Part shown: positions 32,413 through 40,925 of the stretch, in pieces
Layout of the letters: each line of letters starts with the position of its first letter
Position numbering within the stretch: position 1 is the stretch's first letter
Assembly (NCBI GenBank): GCA_004764695.1
Contig: SMSO01000035.1
Location: forward strand, 3,732,040 to 3,796,039
Length of the DNA: 64,000 nt
Origin: Schizochytrium sp. TIO01
Lineage: Eukaryota; Protista; Bigyra: Labyrinthulomycetes
Direction of reading: 5' to 3'
Notes under the pieces: model-generated
Told to the model about the DNA's origin: nothing
The model's database searches: none
What the model saw: the letters and a program-made list of their open reading frames with translations, nothing else
Position numbers and translations under genes: made by a program

Positions 32413-33684
32413 ATGATCGAATCAAATCCGGTTCTTAGCAAGATGCACCCCGCTCTGCGCCTCGAAGCAGACTTCGCTGCATTACACAGTACCCTTAAAG
32501 CTGACGTTGAGGGTGACGCTATCCGAAAAAGGATACGTGCACGTCTGGGCCAACACCGAGGACAACGATGGAGGCTGCCAAGAAAGACCCTTGGCAACGG
32601 GAGCGCGATCAACGACCAACCATCACCGTTGCAAGAATCGCGAGAGCTGCCAGGACTCTTGCAAGAGCTAAGCGAAGCTCAAAGGATATATGTGGAAAGG
32701 CAAACTGTAGCCCGTGAGGAGAGTCTCCGTAAAAAACTTCAGAAACGGGACCATCGTGGGCGACCTGTGGTGCCAGAAGAGTTTTCCCGCGAACTGGCAA
32801 AGTTTGCGAAACCAAATCCCAATAATGTGCGTTTTCAGGCCGATAAAACAGAGGAGCTCACAACCGTGCGAACACAGACATATATGAACTCTTTCGACAA
32901 GCATCAAGATATTCTGCAAAATATCTTGCCGCCCCTGTCGAGCGATTTTAAAGCTTATATGGTTAGTGTTGGCTTCGAACGCAATGGGATGACTCTTGAG
33001 CCAATTAGTGATTCTTGCGCGTGTCTCGGATGCCAGCATCTGCAAAATGGCGGTTGGGGAAAACAACTTGCTTTGACAACCCCGTATAGAACACGTAAAG
33101 GCCCTGTTGTGCGAAATTTAGCACTGAGAGGTGCAGAAATGATTGCAGAGGTGTACACAAAGGACAATTCTAAGAAATTCTGCGCGCGATCCTTCTCAGT
33201 GTCTATGGCTACCAAGCGTCTTGTTGAGTTTGCTGCAGAGAAGGAGGGAGGTTACGAGTCCGTCAACGCACTCAACTTGCGATGTATCTGTACGGGCATT
33301 GTGCGTCTTGAAATGGGGCGCAGGCTTGTACAAAACCGGTGTCTTCCCATGGTTGAGCCGCGACACGAGGAAGCCACCCGGGAAATTTTTCGTGCAATTG
33401 AAGCCAAGAATTTTTCGGGGCGTATCAATAAAGTCTTCGTGCAATACCTGATTGACACATTCTCAGAAGCTAAGGAAGATGATCGTATCGACTTGCTGAC
33501 TTGGGATGAGTTATTGCATGGTCAGCGACACCTTGGATCGCCAGGTAGTAAAGCTCATGTTCTTGCTGTGCGCGCATTCTTCGAGGGCCGTTGTCCATCA
33601 TATGTGCATAAAACATCGTTTGAAAGTGAGGATTTCTACCTACTTATTGGTTTGACTGCAAAGAAGGCCGAGGAAGCAGAATAA
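32413..33684 (+). CDS. Hypothetical 423-aa protein of unknown family
   Basis: ATG-initiated 423-codon ORF with globular-like composition, flanked by AT-rich DNA. No family confidently recognised. Confidence 0.7.
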   Translation: MIESNPVLSKMHPALRLEADFAALHSTLKADVEGDAIRKRIRARLGQHRGQRWRLPRKTLGNGSAINDQPSPLQESRELPGLLQELSEAQRIYVERQTVAREESLRKKLQKRDHRGRPVVPEEFSRELAKFAKPNPNNVRFQADKTEELTTVRTQTYMNSFDKHQDILQNILPPLSSDFKAYMVSVGFERNGMTLEPISDSCACLGCQHLQNGGWGKQLALTTPYRTRKGPVVRNLALRGAEMIAEVYTKDNSKKFCARSFSVSMATKRLVEFAAEKEGGYESVNALNLRCICTGIVRLEMGRRLVQNRCLPMVEPRHEEATREIFRAIEAKNFSGRINKVFVQYLIDTFSEAKEDDRIDLLTWDELLHGQRHLGSPGSKAHVLAVRAFFEGRCPSYVHKTSFESEDFYLLIGLTAKKAEEAE

Positions 33685-34101
33685 CTCTCCAGCAGGTTTC
33701 ATTTCTCTCCATCTCGCGTTATAAAAATAAGAGATAGCAAGTTATCACCAAGCTGACTTTATTCGCTTTTCAAAAATTTTAATGATGATGCATGGGCGTA
33801 TAGATACATAGTGCATAGCATTTTCTCTTTTAACTTAGCCGAATCATTATCTTCAAGCGATTGTATTATGTTTTAGTGCGACGCGCTACGATTGTATGCC
33901 TTAGGTATCCTGCACCCCTATAATAGCAGGCGAATACTAGATGTGTAGCTCTTAGTGAAATTTGTAGGTCTTCATTTAAATTAAGTGAACTTTGATTAGG
34001 ACGCGTTGGAAATTGGGAGATTTATCAAAACGTTTTATGAAAATTAACTATGCTTCCGCTATTGTGTTCCTGATGTTGCTTCAGTTCCCCTGTACAGGAT
34101 A

Positions 34102-35022
34102 TTAAACAGCTGCAGCTTCTTCGCGCTCCTTGGGCTTGATGAGAATATTGTCGATCTTGACGAGTGCTTTGTTTGCAGACATGTGTTGGAGGACCTTTAT
34201 GCGAGCCTCTTCTGGACTGACGTCGTCATAGCACGGATTTCCAACAAGCAAAATGTCCTTCAATTTGGTACAAGCAGACAATTTTTCCAGCTCCGACCAG
34301 TCTTTAATTGCATTGTTTGATAAATACAAAACCTCCAGCTCCGGAAGACAAGACAGACCATCAAGGGAGGAGATCTGATTGTACGAGGCCCAAATTTCCT
34401 TGAGAGACTCTGCATTCTCTTCCAGCTTTTCAAACCGCTTCAGATTATTCCGCCCTACTGATAGGACTCGAAGCTTTGTCATTCCACCTAGAGGGATCAA
34501 ACGTTCAATAGCGTTTGTTGAAAGGGCAAGGTGTCTGTAGGTGATGGGCGCGTGAAACATTTGAGGATTCGTCAGACTTCAAGAACATTCATATTACGAA
34601 CTACCTATGACAACGTACTCGCACTTCGTCAAACCATTCAACGTATTGTCCAGCTTTTGGATTGGAGGCATTTGGCAATAGAGCTGGACAGAATCAGCCT
34701 CTGAGGAAGGAGTTCCTGTTTTCTCCTCCTTTGTACATATATCAAAAAATAATGTTAGCGAACTCCTGTATTAGAATAACCTCATCCAACCTTGTTGTCC
34801 CTGATAAAGAATAGGAATATCTCTCTCAATTTTATCCACGTACCCATGCTTTGATTGCTGCTGCGCAGGTAGTCTGTTGGCCTCCGCAAAAGTAGGTTTA
34901 ACACGTTAGTTCTTGTCTGTCTCATATTATAGAAGTACGAATGCCTTATAGCGAGACTGCGGCAACGCAGAAGAAAACAAACTCTCAAATCAGCACACGT
35001 CCAGCGATACGCTACTTACCAT
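34102..35022 (-). CDS. DNAL1: Axonemal dynein light chain 1 (LC1, LRR), 4 exons: 35022-35020, 34873-34844, 34728-34619, 34534-34102; 191 aa
   Basis: Manual splicing with GT-AG introns (ATG|gtaagt..cag|, TGG|gtacgt..aag|, GA|gtacgt..cag|) gives MTTCAAAIKAWEEKTGTPSSEADSVQLYCQMPPIQKLDNTLNGLTKCEHLALSTNAIERL...LSVGRNNLK...WASYNQISSL...LVGNP, colinear with LC1. Confidence 0.93.
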
Positions 35023-35305
35023 GCTGTCTGCTGGGCAATGCAGTACTTCTCTTGATCGAGTGCGACGCCAAGTTTGGGTATTTATGCAAAAGAAGAGTCC
35101 TTTCCTGAGCTTTATTACTTTTTCGGTACGTTGAACCCAAAGTGGACTAATTATGAATAGGCCTTTTAAATCGTTTCCCGTCGCTGGTATTAAAAAAATC
35201 GATGGTATTAGCGACAAAGAAGTCTTTATATTTTATAGCTTGAGTGTGCGCTTGCTTCTGGGCCGCCCTGCTTGGGAATGCGCTTTAATTAATAAAATAA
35301 ATCAT

Positions 35306-38194
35306 TTATTGGACAATATTAGGTAATGAAAAAGTTGATTGTAATGATTTCGAGGACATAGGTTCGGATTTGGAATTTACCGAATCATTTACGTCTTTCA
35401 GGGTTTGCTCCTTGGAGCTAAGACCGAGTTTAGGATGTGCACTGATCCAATAGTATTTACGAATCCATCTCTGTAAGCGAATGATGCAAATGGCTACACG
35501 TGGGTCTCGCATCATAAAGTGCTCCGCAACGTAGCGAAACGCTGCTCTTTTACGCCACCGGTCTTTAAGAAAATAAGGGTAGACATTTTGATGTAAATTA
35601 TCAACCACTGCGTCTAGCGCCGGATCAAAGCACTCTGGACCAATAGCAAGTGAGGCTCTGATGTTCTCACGCATGATTTCAGGAATGCATCCCAAAATTC
35701 TAGTACGCAAGAACATGTTGTAAACCTTCATCGTTTCTGGCTTCACTAGGTCAATCAAATAGGGATGACCGGGGCAGAATTTGCAAGTAAAGGGTGGATC
35801 AATGGAGATCTCCGCTGTTGGACATTTCCAGTCACATGCTTCGCAACAATGTAGTCCCTGACCAGCCATTTCACGCAGTCTCCGCACTGCGCTACAAAAG
35901 TAAACAAGTTGATGGCGCTGCATTCGCATGGCATATGAACGGAACAATGGCCAACCAACGTCTTGGTCAGATGTGAGCTCTACAAACGTGGAGCGAGCAT
36001 ACAGTCTCATGTGCCATGCCTCTGCTCCAGATTGAATATGAACCAAGATTTGCCTTTGTGCACGACGCCGATGCTTCTCGTGAGCCTCCAATTTTGTTTT
36101 TGAGATTTCTCTTGCACGTTCTCTCATAGCTCGAGATAGTTTGCTTTTTCTTCCTAAGGCAATTGCTTGCACGTTTTGAACTTTCTCACATAGTTGCTTT
36201 GCGCAATCAAAGCGATTCCCTTCTAACAAGATGGATAAACCTTTTTCTACGGTTGAGAGTAAGACTTTTCCGTCTGCTCGATCTAGAAGCAGACACTCTT
36301 GAACTGCTGTTTGCACAAACCTATCAACATCCTGGTATCGTTCTAGAGCGAGGGTCCCTTTTGCAATGCAGAGAAGCGTTGGTACTGCTGCAAGGCCAAA
36401 GTGGCCTCCAACCTCGGACTGCGTATGATTATGTTGTTGTCGTTGTAAAGCAAGTAAATCCAGGGCGTATCGCAATCCTTTGGCTGGGTCGTTTCCTTCA
36501 TTAATTAAATGCTCTGCCATTTGTAGCTGTACTGGACGAAGTATTAACATTGCTGGGTTTTCTGCATCTGGATCTTGCTGTTCAATGTTTTCGAGTAGTT
36601 TCTCAAACTGAAGATGAATGTCAATGTTACTGTCGACAGACACGTGGCAGCTTTGCAATATTCGGCGCTTATGTAGAGCTTGTTTGGCCCGATGTTGCTT
36701 CACTTTATCGCAATTATCAGTAATAATTTCTATTGCTTTCTTTGCGGCGCTCCGATCTAATGTCCACAAACTATCCTCGTCATCACGTTCTGAGTACTTC
36801 AATTCGTCTACTTGTGGTAAACTCAATAAACTTTCTTTTACTCCAACGTGCTGCGTTGTCGAATCTCCGACATCAAGCTTAGTAACGCGAGATTTGAACT
36901 CTAACTGTTCGCAGATTAAATCGATCTCTCCCTCCTGCCGTTCAAATTTATTTCGATCAAGGCGATCATCGACCATGCAAAAGAGCCCATACTCTACGTA
37001 GCCTTCGTCATTGTCATAGGCGCGCAAAAGCTCTACAATATCATTTTGGTGGGCTCCAAGTGCGACAATTTTAGCATCAAGCCCATATGCAGATTTTTGT
37101 CGAGCAAGAGCTCGACTCCCGAGTAAGAGCTGTACAACCTCGCGGTGACCACCCTGAGCAGCAAACATGAGTGCTGAGTAAGGCTGGTAGTCAAGGAGAT
37201 CTGGGTCAGCCGATAAAACGTGCAATAGTATTCGTGTTGTCATGACGCAACCAATCTCACAGGCGCCCATGAGAGCTGTGCGCCCTTGAACATTTTGAAA
37301 ATCTATGTTCGCTCCAAGTTTTGCTAGTTGGAGGAGTAGTTTCCCATGATTATATTTTGCTGCAAACGATAGTGCAGTTTCTCCCTCAGGGGTTTCGTGA
37401 TCAATTGGGATAGCTTTGGTCCGCATTGCGCTTAAAATCTGTTGTTCATCATGAGAACGGATTACTGCATTCCACATTGTACTGATATCGTTTGCACTGT
37501 TACCATGAAGTCGCACACATTGGTCCTCTGGAGCTACAAATATATGCTCTTTAAAATAACGCGCAATAGTCCATTGCCGATGCTGTTCTGCAAGCTTCAC
37601 TAGCTCCTCTGTTGGCTGAACTCCTTTGCGAATAAGGAATCTGGCACATTCTAATCCTAGATCAAAGGTTGAAATGCACTGCATTAACGGGGTCTGTCCG
37701 TATCGGTTGGTGCGATCAATCCGAGCACATCCTTCATCGACAAGGTAGCTGGCAAGTCTGTCAATGCGTCCTTTCTTCAACGCCATTGTAAGTGCTGTAA
37801 GTCCGCTAGGCGCTTCAAGATCAACATCCGCCCCGAGACTCAGAAGACACCTTATCATCTCTAAATCGTCCAAACATACTGCTAATATTAGAGGTGATTG
37901 TTCAGATCCACCTTGACATATGTAGTTCACATTGACTCCAAGGTTTGCAAGGGTTTCAGTCCGTTCGACAGATCCTGACGCAACGCAAGATAGTAACGCT
38001 GTCCACCCATGGCGCGTTGCAGTATCAGCTGGTGCTCCTTGTCGTATGCATTCGCACGCCCGAAAGTAATCATTTTTAGCTATGGCGTCGCGAAGATCAT
38101 TTGCAGTTGCCTTTTTTGCGCTGCTTTGACCTCGAGCGGGTTTCTGTTCCCACACAAGGAGCAATAGCCTTGGCATCCATCTCCATCTTGGCAT
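35306..38194 (-). CDS. Ankyrin-repeat + TPR-like + RGS-like + IQ motif protein
   Basis: First ATG at 38194. Multiple ankyrin repeats (GWTALL, QSPLILAV, GLTALTMA, GQTPLM, GETALSFAA, GRTALM, SALMFAAQGGHREVV), then a helical TPR-like region. RGS-like 'GWPLFRSYA..LVYFCSAV..VYNMFL..CFDPALDAVVDNLHQNVYPYFL'; IQ 'IIRLQRWIRKY'. Confidence 0.8.
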   Translation of the reverse strand: MPRWRWMPRLLLLVWEQKPARGQSSAKKATANDLRDAIAKNDYFRACECIRQGAPADTATRHGWTALLSCVASGSVERTETLANLGVNVNYICQGGSEQSPLILAVCLDDLEMIRCLLSLGADVDLEAPSGLTALTMALKKGRIDRLASYLVDEGCARIDRTNRYGQTPLMQCISTFDLGLECARFLIRKGVQPTEELVKLAEQHRQWTIARYFKEHIFVAPEDQCVRLHGNSANDISTMWNAVIRSHDEQQILSAMRTKAIPIDHETPEGETALSFAAKYNHGKLLLQLAKLGANIDFQNVQGRTALMGACEIGCVMTTRILLHVLSADPDLLDYQPYSALMFAAQGGHREVVQLLLGSRALARQKSAYGLDAKIVALGAHQNDIVELLRAYDNDEGYVEYGLFCMVDDRLDRNKFERQEGEIDLICEQLEFKSRVTKLDVGDSTTQHVGVKESLLSLPQVDELKYSERDDEDSLWTLDRSAAKKAIEIITDNCDKVKQHRAKQALHKRRILQSCHVSVDSNIDIHLQFEKLLENIEQQDPDAENPAMLILRPVQLQMAEHLINEGNDPAKGLRYALDLLALQRQQHNHTQSEVGGHFGLAAVPTLLCIAKGTLALERYQDVDRFVQTAVQECLLLDRADGKVLLSTVEKGLSILLEGNRFDCAKQLCEKVQNVQAIALGRKSKLSRAMRERAREISKTKLEAHEKHRRRAQRQILVHIQSGAEAWHMRLYARSTFVELTSDQDVGWPLFRSYAMRMQRHQLVYFCSAVRRLREMAGQGLHCCEACDWKCPTAEISIDPPFTCKFCPGHPYLIDLVKPETMKVYNMFLRTRILGCIPEIMRENIRASLAIGPECFDPALDAVVDNLHQNVYPYFLKDRWRKRAAFRYVAEHFMMRDPRVAICIIRLQRWIRKYYWISAHPKLGLSSKEQTLKDVNDSVNSKSEPMSSKSLQSTFSLPNIVQ

Positions 38195-39161
38195 CCCTCC
38201 ACGGAAGAAGCACCTTTGCAACCTTGTGGCAAAGCTTCCCGCAAACCTGCAGCTGGTTCAGAAGGTGTCCCCAATTGGATCTGAGGCGATGGAACCCTTG
38301 CCAAGCTTCAAGAATCAAATCTCGCCTTGAGTGAAGCCTTCATCGCTCGCGAGTCCAAGCCCTCTTAATCCTGAGGAAAATCAATGAGTTTCCATAAGTC
38401 CAGAAATAAGGGGTCCGCGCAGACCATCCGCGGTACTATCTGGACCTAGCTTAAACGTGTAGAACCTTTTCTTAAATTATTTTTTCAATTATTATTAGTT
38501 TTATTATTTGCAAAAAAACAAAAAACAAAAAAATGTAGTAGAAGGTGCATACAAAACCTGGGCGGCTATGCAGCATCACTCGAATAATACCGCTCTCGCT
38601 AGTCAGAACTTATTCCTGTCAACCCTGCGACTTGGGTTGAAACTCGCGTGGAAACACTAATACCTGAATAATATAGCCCAGGTGGGGGAAGCAAACTGCT
38701 ACTGTTGCATGAACATGTATCAGTCAGTACACACCGTTCACTCAGACAGAGATGAAGCAAAACTTGCATTTCCTATGGTAACGAAGTGAGGCTACGGCCC
38801 AATCGTGGGTTTAGAACTAACCAGCGACTCAAAGATCATTCTTAAATCATGTCCTTGTATAGGTAGCGCATAAGGATACCTCTGGCGGCGTGGATGGACA
38901 GGCTGGGATACTGACAATAATGTCATTTTAATTAGAAAGCAGCCAGGATTAGTTAGTTGCCTATAGTGTACATGAACAGCGGTACCTGAAGGAATGAATG
39001 AATGAACAATCGTTCAATAACGGCTTGAAGCAAGGCGGGTCATAAAACAAGTGCAAGAAATCCTATCAAGAGAAGAGGAATAAGATGGATGAATATCAAT
39101 AAACACATTGGAAAGATAGTTTGACATGGTTTGGTTTCTAATAGCTAGGAGTAGTAGTAGT

Positions 39162-40286
39162 TTACAAATGCTTGGCAAGCTCAGTGCGCTTGGAGGATTC
39201 CTCAGGAAATTTAATATTGAAGCGCACAATCAGGTTTCCCTTTACACCTGTTTTTGTGTTTGGCATACCGCGCTCGCGCAGGACAACCTCTTGCTTGGCT
39301 TCGCGGAGCGCTCCGTAAGGGACGCGGATGTGGTGATTGTCCAGAGTTTTGACGATAGCGTTGCCGCCGATAAGGGCATCCTTAAGGCTGACGTCGATTG
39401 TGGTGTAGAGATCATCGCCCTTGCGAGTAAAGACCTCATGGGGCTTTTCCTTGAGTTTGAAGACCATGTCTGCTGGCTCATAACCGGGTTCTTCGGAACC
39501 GAGGTTCTTAAAGGTGAACTTAGTGCCCTCCTTCATCTGCGGCTTCAGCTTGAGCTCGACGACTTGGGCAGCATCTGTGTAGCGGCCACTGGCGCCATCG
39601 TAGAGTTTGCGTGTAACCTTGAGTTTCTTCGTTGCACTGGTGAAGAGATCTTCAAGGGAAACTGCGAAGTCCTTCTCAATTGCAGGCCGCTTCTTGGGCG
39701 GCTCCTGGCGTTGACGTTGATGCTGCTGCTGCTGGCTGAACGGGTTATGGCCGCCCTGAGGGTTTGCATCAAAATCGACATCCATACCGTCCATTCCAAA
39801 ACCTCCAAAGCCACCGCCCATGCCGCCCATGCCGTTACCTCCAGAGTTGAAGACGAAAGTGCGGCCGCCCTTGCCGCCACCCATTCGAGAGCTGCCTCCA
39901 AAGCCGCCCTGACCGCCACCAAAAAATTGAGCGAAGAGGTTTTCTGCAAATTCAGGTGGCATGGAGAAGCCGCCTTGGCCGCCTCCCATACCTCCCATAC
40001 CTCCCATGCCGCCCATGCCGCCCATGTTGTCGGCCTGCTCGCCGGTCATACCAGCCTTGAGGCCTTCTTCTCCAAAGCGATCATAAACCTTGCGTTTTTC
40101 AGGATCGGAGAGCACTGCGTATGCCTCTGCAATATCCTTAAACATGGTGTCATCGCCCTTCTGCTTATCAGGGTGGTACTTGAGCGCGAGTTTTCTGTAT
40201 GCCTTCTTGAGTTCTGCCTCTTGGGCATCCTTGCCTACTCCGAGGATTTTGTAGTAGTCGCGACCTGAGTTGCGAGCCTGCACCAT
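39162..40286 (-). CDS. Hsp40 class B J-protein (Sis1/DNAJB-like), copy 1
   Basis: J-domain '[36 protein letters not shown]', G/F and G/M region, C-terminal substrate-binding domains, no Zn finger. Confidence 0.95.
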   Translation of the reverse strand: MVQARNSGRDYYKILGVGKDAQEAELKKAYRKLALKYHPDKQKGDDTMFKDIAEAYAVLSDPEKRKVYDRFGEEGLKAGMTGEQADNMGGMGGMGGMGGMGGGQGGFSMPPEFAENLFAQFFGGGQGGFGGSSRMGGGKGGRTFVFNSGGNGMGGMGGGFGGFGMDGMDVDFDANPQGGHNPFSQQQQHQRQRQEPPKKRPAIEKDFAVSLEDLFTSATKKLKVTRKLYDGASGRYTDAAQVVELKLKPQMKEGTKFTFKNLGSEEPGYEPADMVFKLKEKPHEVFTRKGDDLYTTIDVSLKDALIGGNAIVKTLDNHHIRVPYGALREAKQEVVLRERGMPNTKTGVKGNLIVRFNIKFPEESSKRTELAKHL

Positions 40287-40337
40287 TGTTGCTTGCCGCG
40301 GTGCTGGGTCTCTCTTGCTACCTTCTGCTGGCTAACT

Positions 40338-40340
<3 letters not shown>

Positions 40341-40381
<41 letters not shown>

Positions 40382-40490
40382 GTTCGAGTTTTGCTTGCTG
40401 CTGGGTCGAGTCCTTGAGGCCTCTGGCTTTCCTATCGAAATACTTTGAGTCGAGTTGAGTCGAGTCGAGTTGAGTCGAGTCGAGTTGACT
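40341..40490. repeat. (CTG)13 and (GAGTC/GAGTT)n microsatellites upstream of DnaJ copy 1
   Basis: Directly visible at 40341-40380 and ~40447-40490. Confidence 0.85.
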
Positions 40491-40560
40491 TGAGTTTTGG
40501 GTTTGCTTCATCGAGGTCATCGTCGGTTGCCGACGACCTTCGTTTTAGTCCTTCGCGACT

Positions 40561-40590
40561 TTTCGAGAACACTCGAGAACAGTTAAGAAC
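40561..40590. promoter_or_regulatory. Imperfect heat-shock element near DnaJ copy 1
   Basis: tTTCgaGAAcaCTCgaGAAcaGTTaaGAAc, with GAA at 40567, 40577 and 40587 in 10-bp phase. Confidence 0.7.
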
Positions 40591-40701
40591 ACTCTCGAAA
40601 AAATACATCTTCCAGCAGTTCTACATTACCCCCTTTAGACGACTTGGGAAGAACAGCTAAGGGGCTCTAAGGGAGTATTTCAAAACTTTGAGAATTAATC
40701 T

Positions 40702-40726
40702 CGAAACTTCTGGAACGTTCCGGAAG
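40702..40726. promoter_or_regulatory. Perfect five-unit heat-shock element in the bidirectional DnaJ/Hsp104 promoter
   Basis: cGAAacTTCtgGAAcgTTCcgGAAg, an exact alternating nGAAn array 200 bp upstream of the Hsp104 ATG. Confidence 0.9.
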
Positions 40727-40925
40727 AGCTTCGGACTAATCTGGAACGAGTGTGGGAACGAGTGTGGGGAAAAGGTGGAATGTGGAGTGCCAAGAATCTT
40801 GGAACCAGCAAACCCGAAACTCGAATCAATCGAACAAGCAATCAAGAAACAAAGCGAAGAGAGCTCGACAACCAAGAGCTGACGTTGTATTTTGTAGCAA
40901 AAGTAAGAGAAGAAGAACTAGCAAG

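Noticed and set aside
39126-40268. 380-aa + strand ORF; similarly 28900-29883, 54987-55874, 56753-57460 and 24896-25525
   Set aside because: Antisense or alternate-frame shadows of real genes with biased codon usage; non-ATG starts and no recognisable motifs.
40752-40925. 58-aa N-terminal extension (possible transit peptide) on HSP104-1
   Set aside because: Starts at GTG next to the HSE in promoter/UTR sequence. The ATG at 40926 aligns with the start of copy 2.
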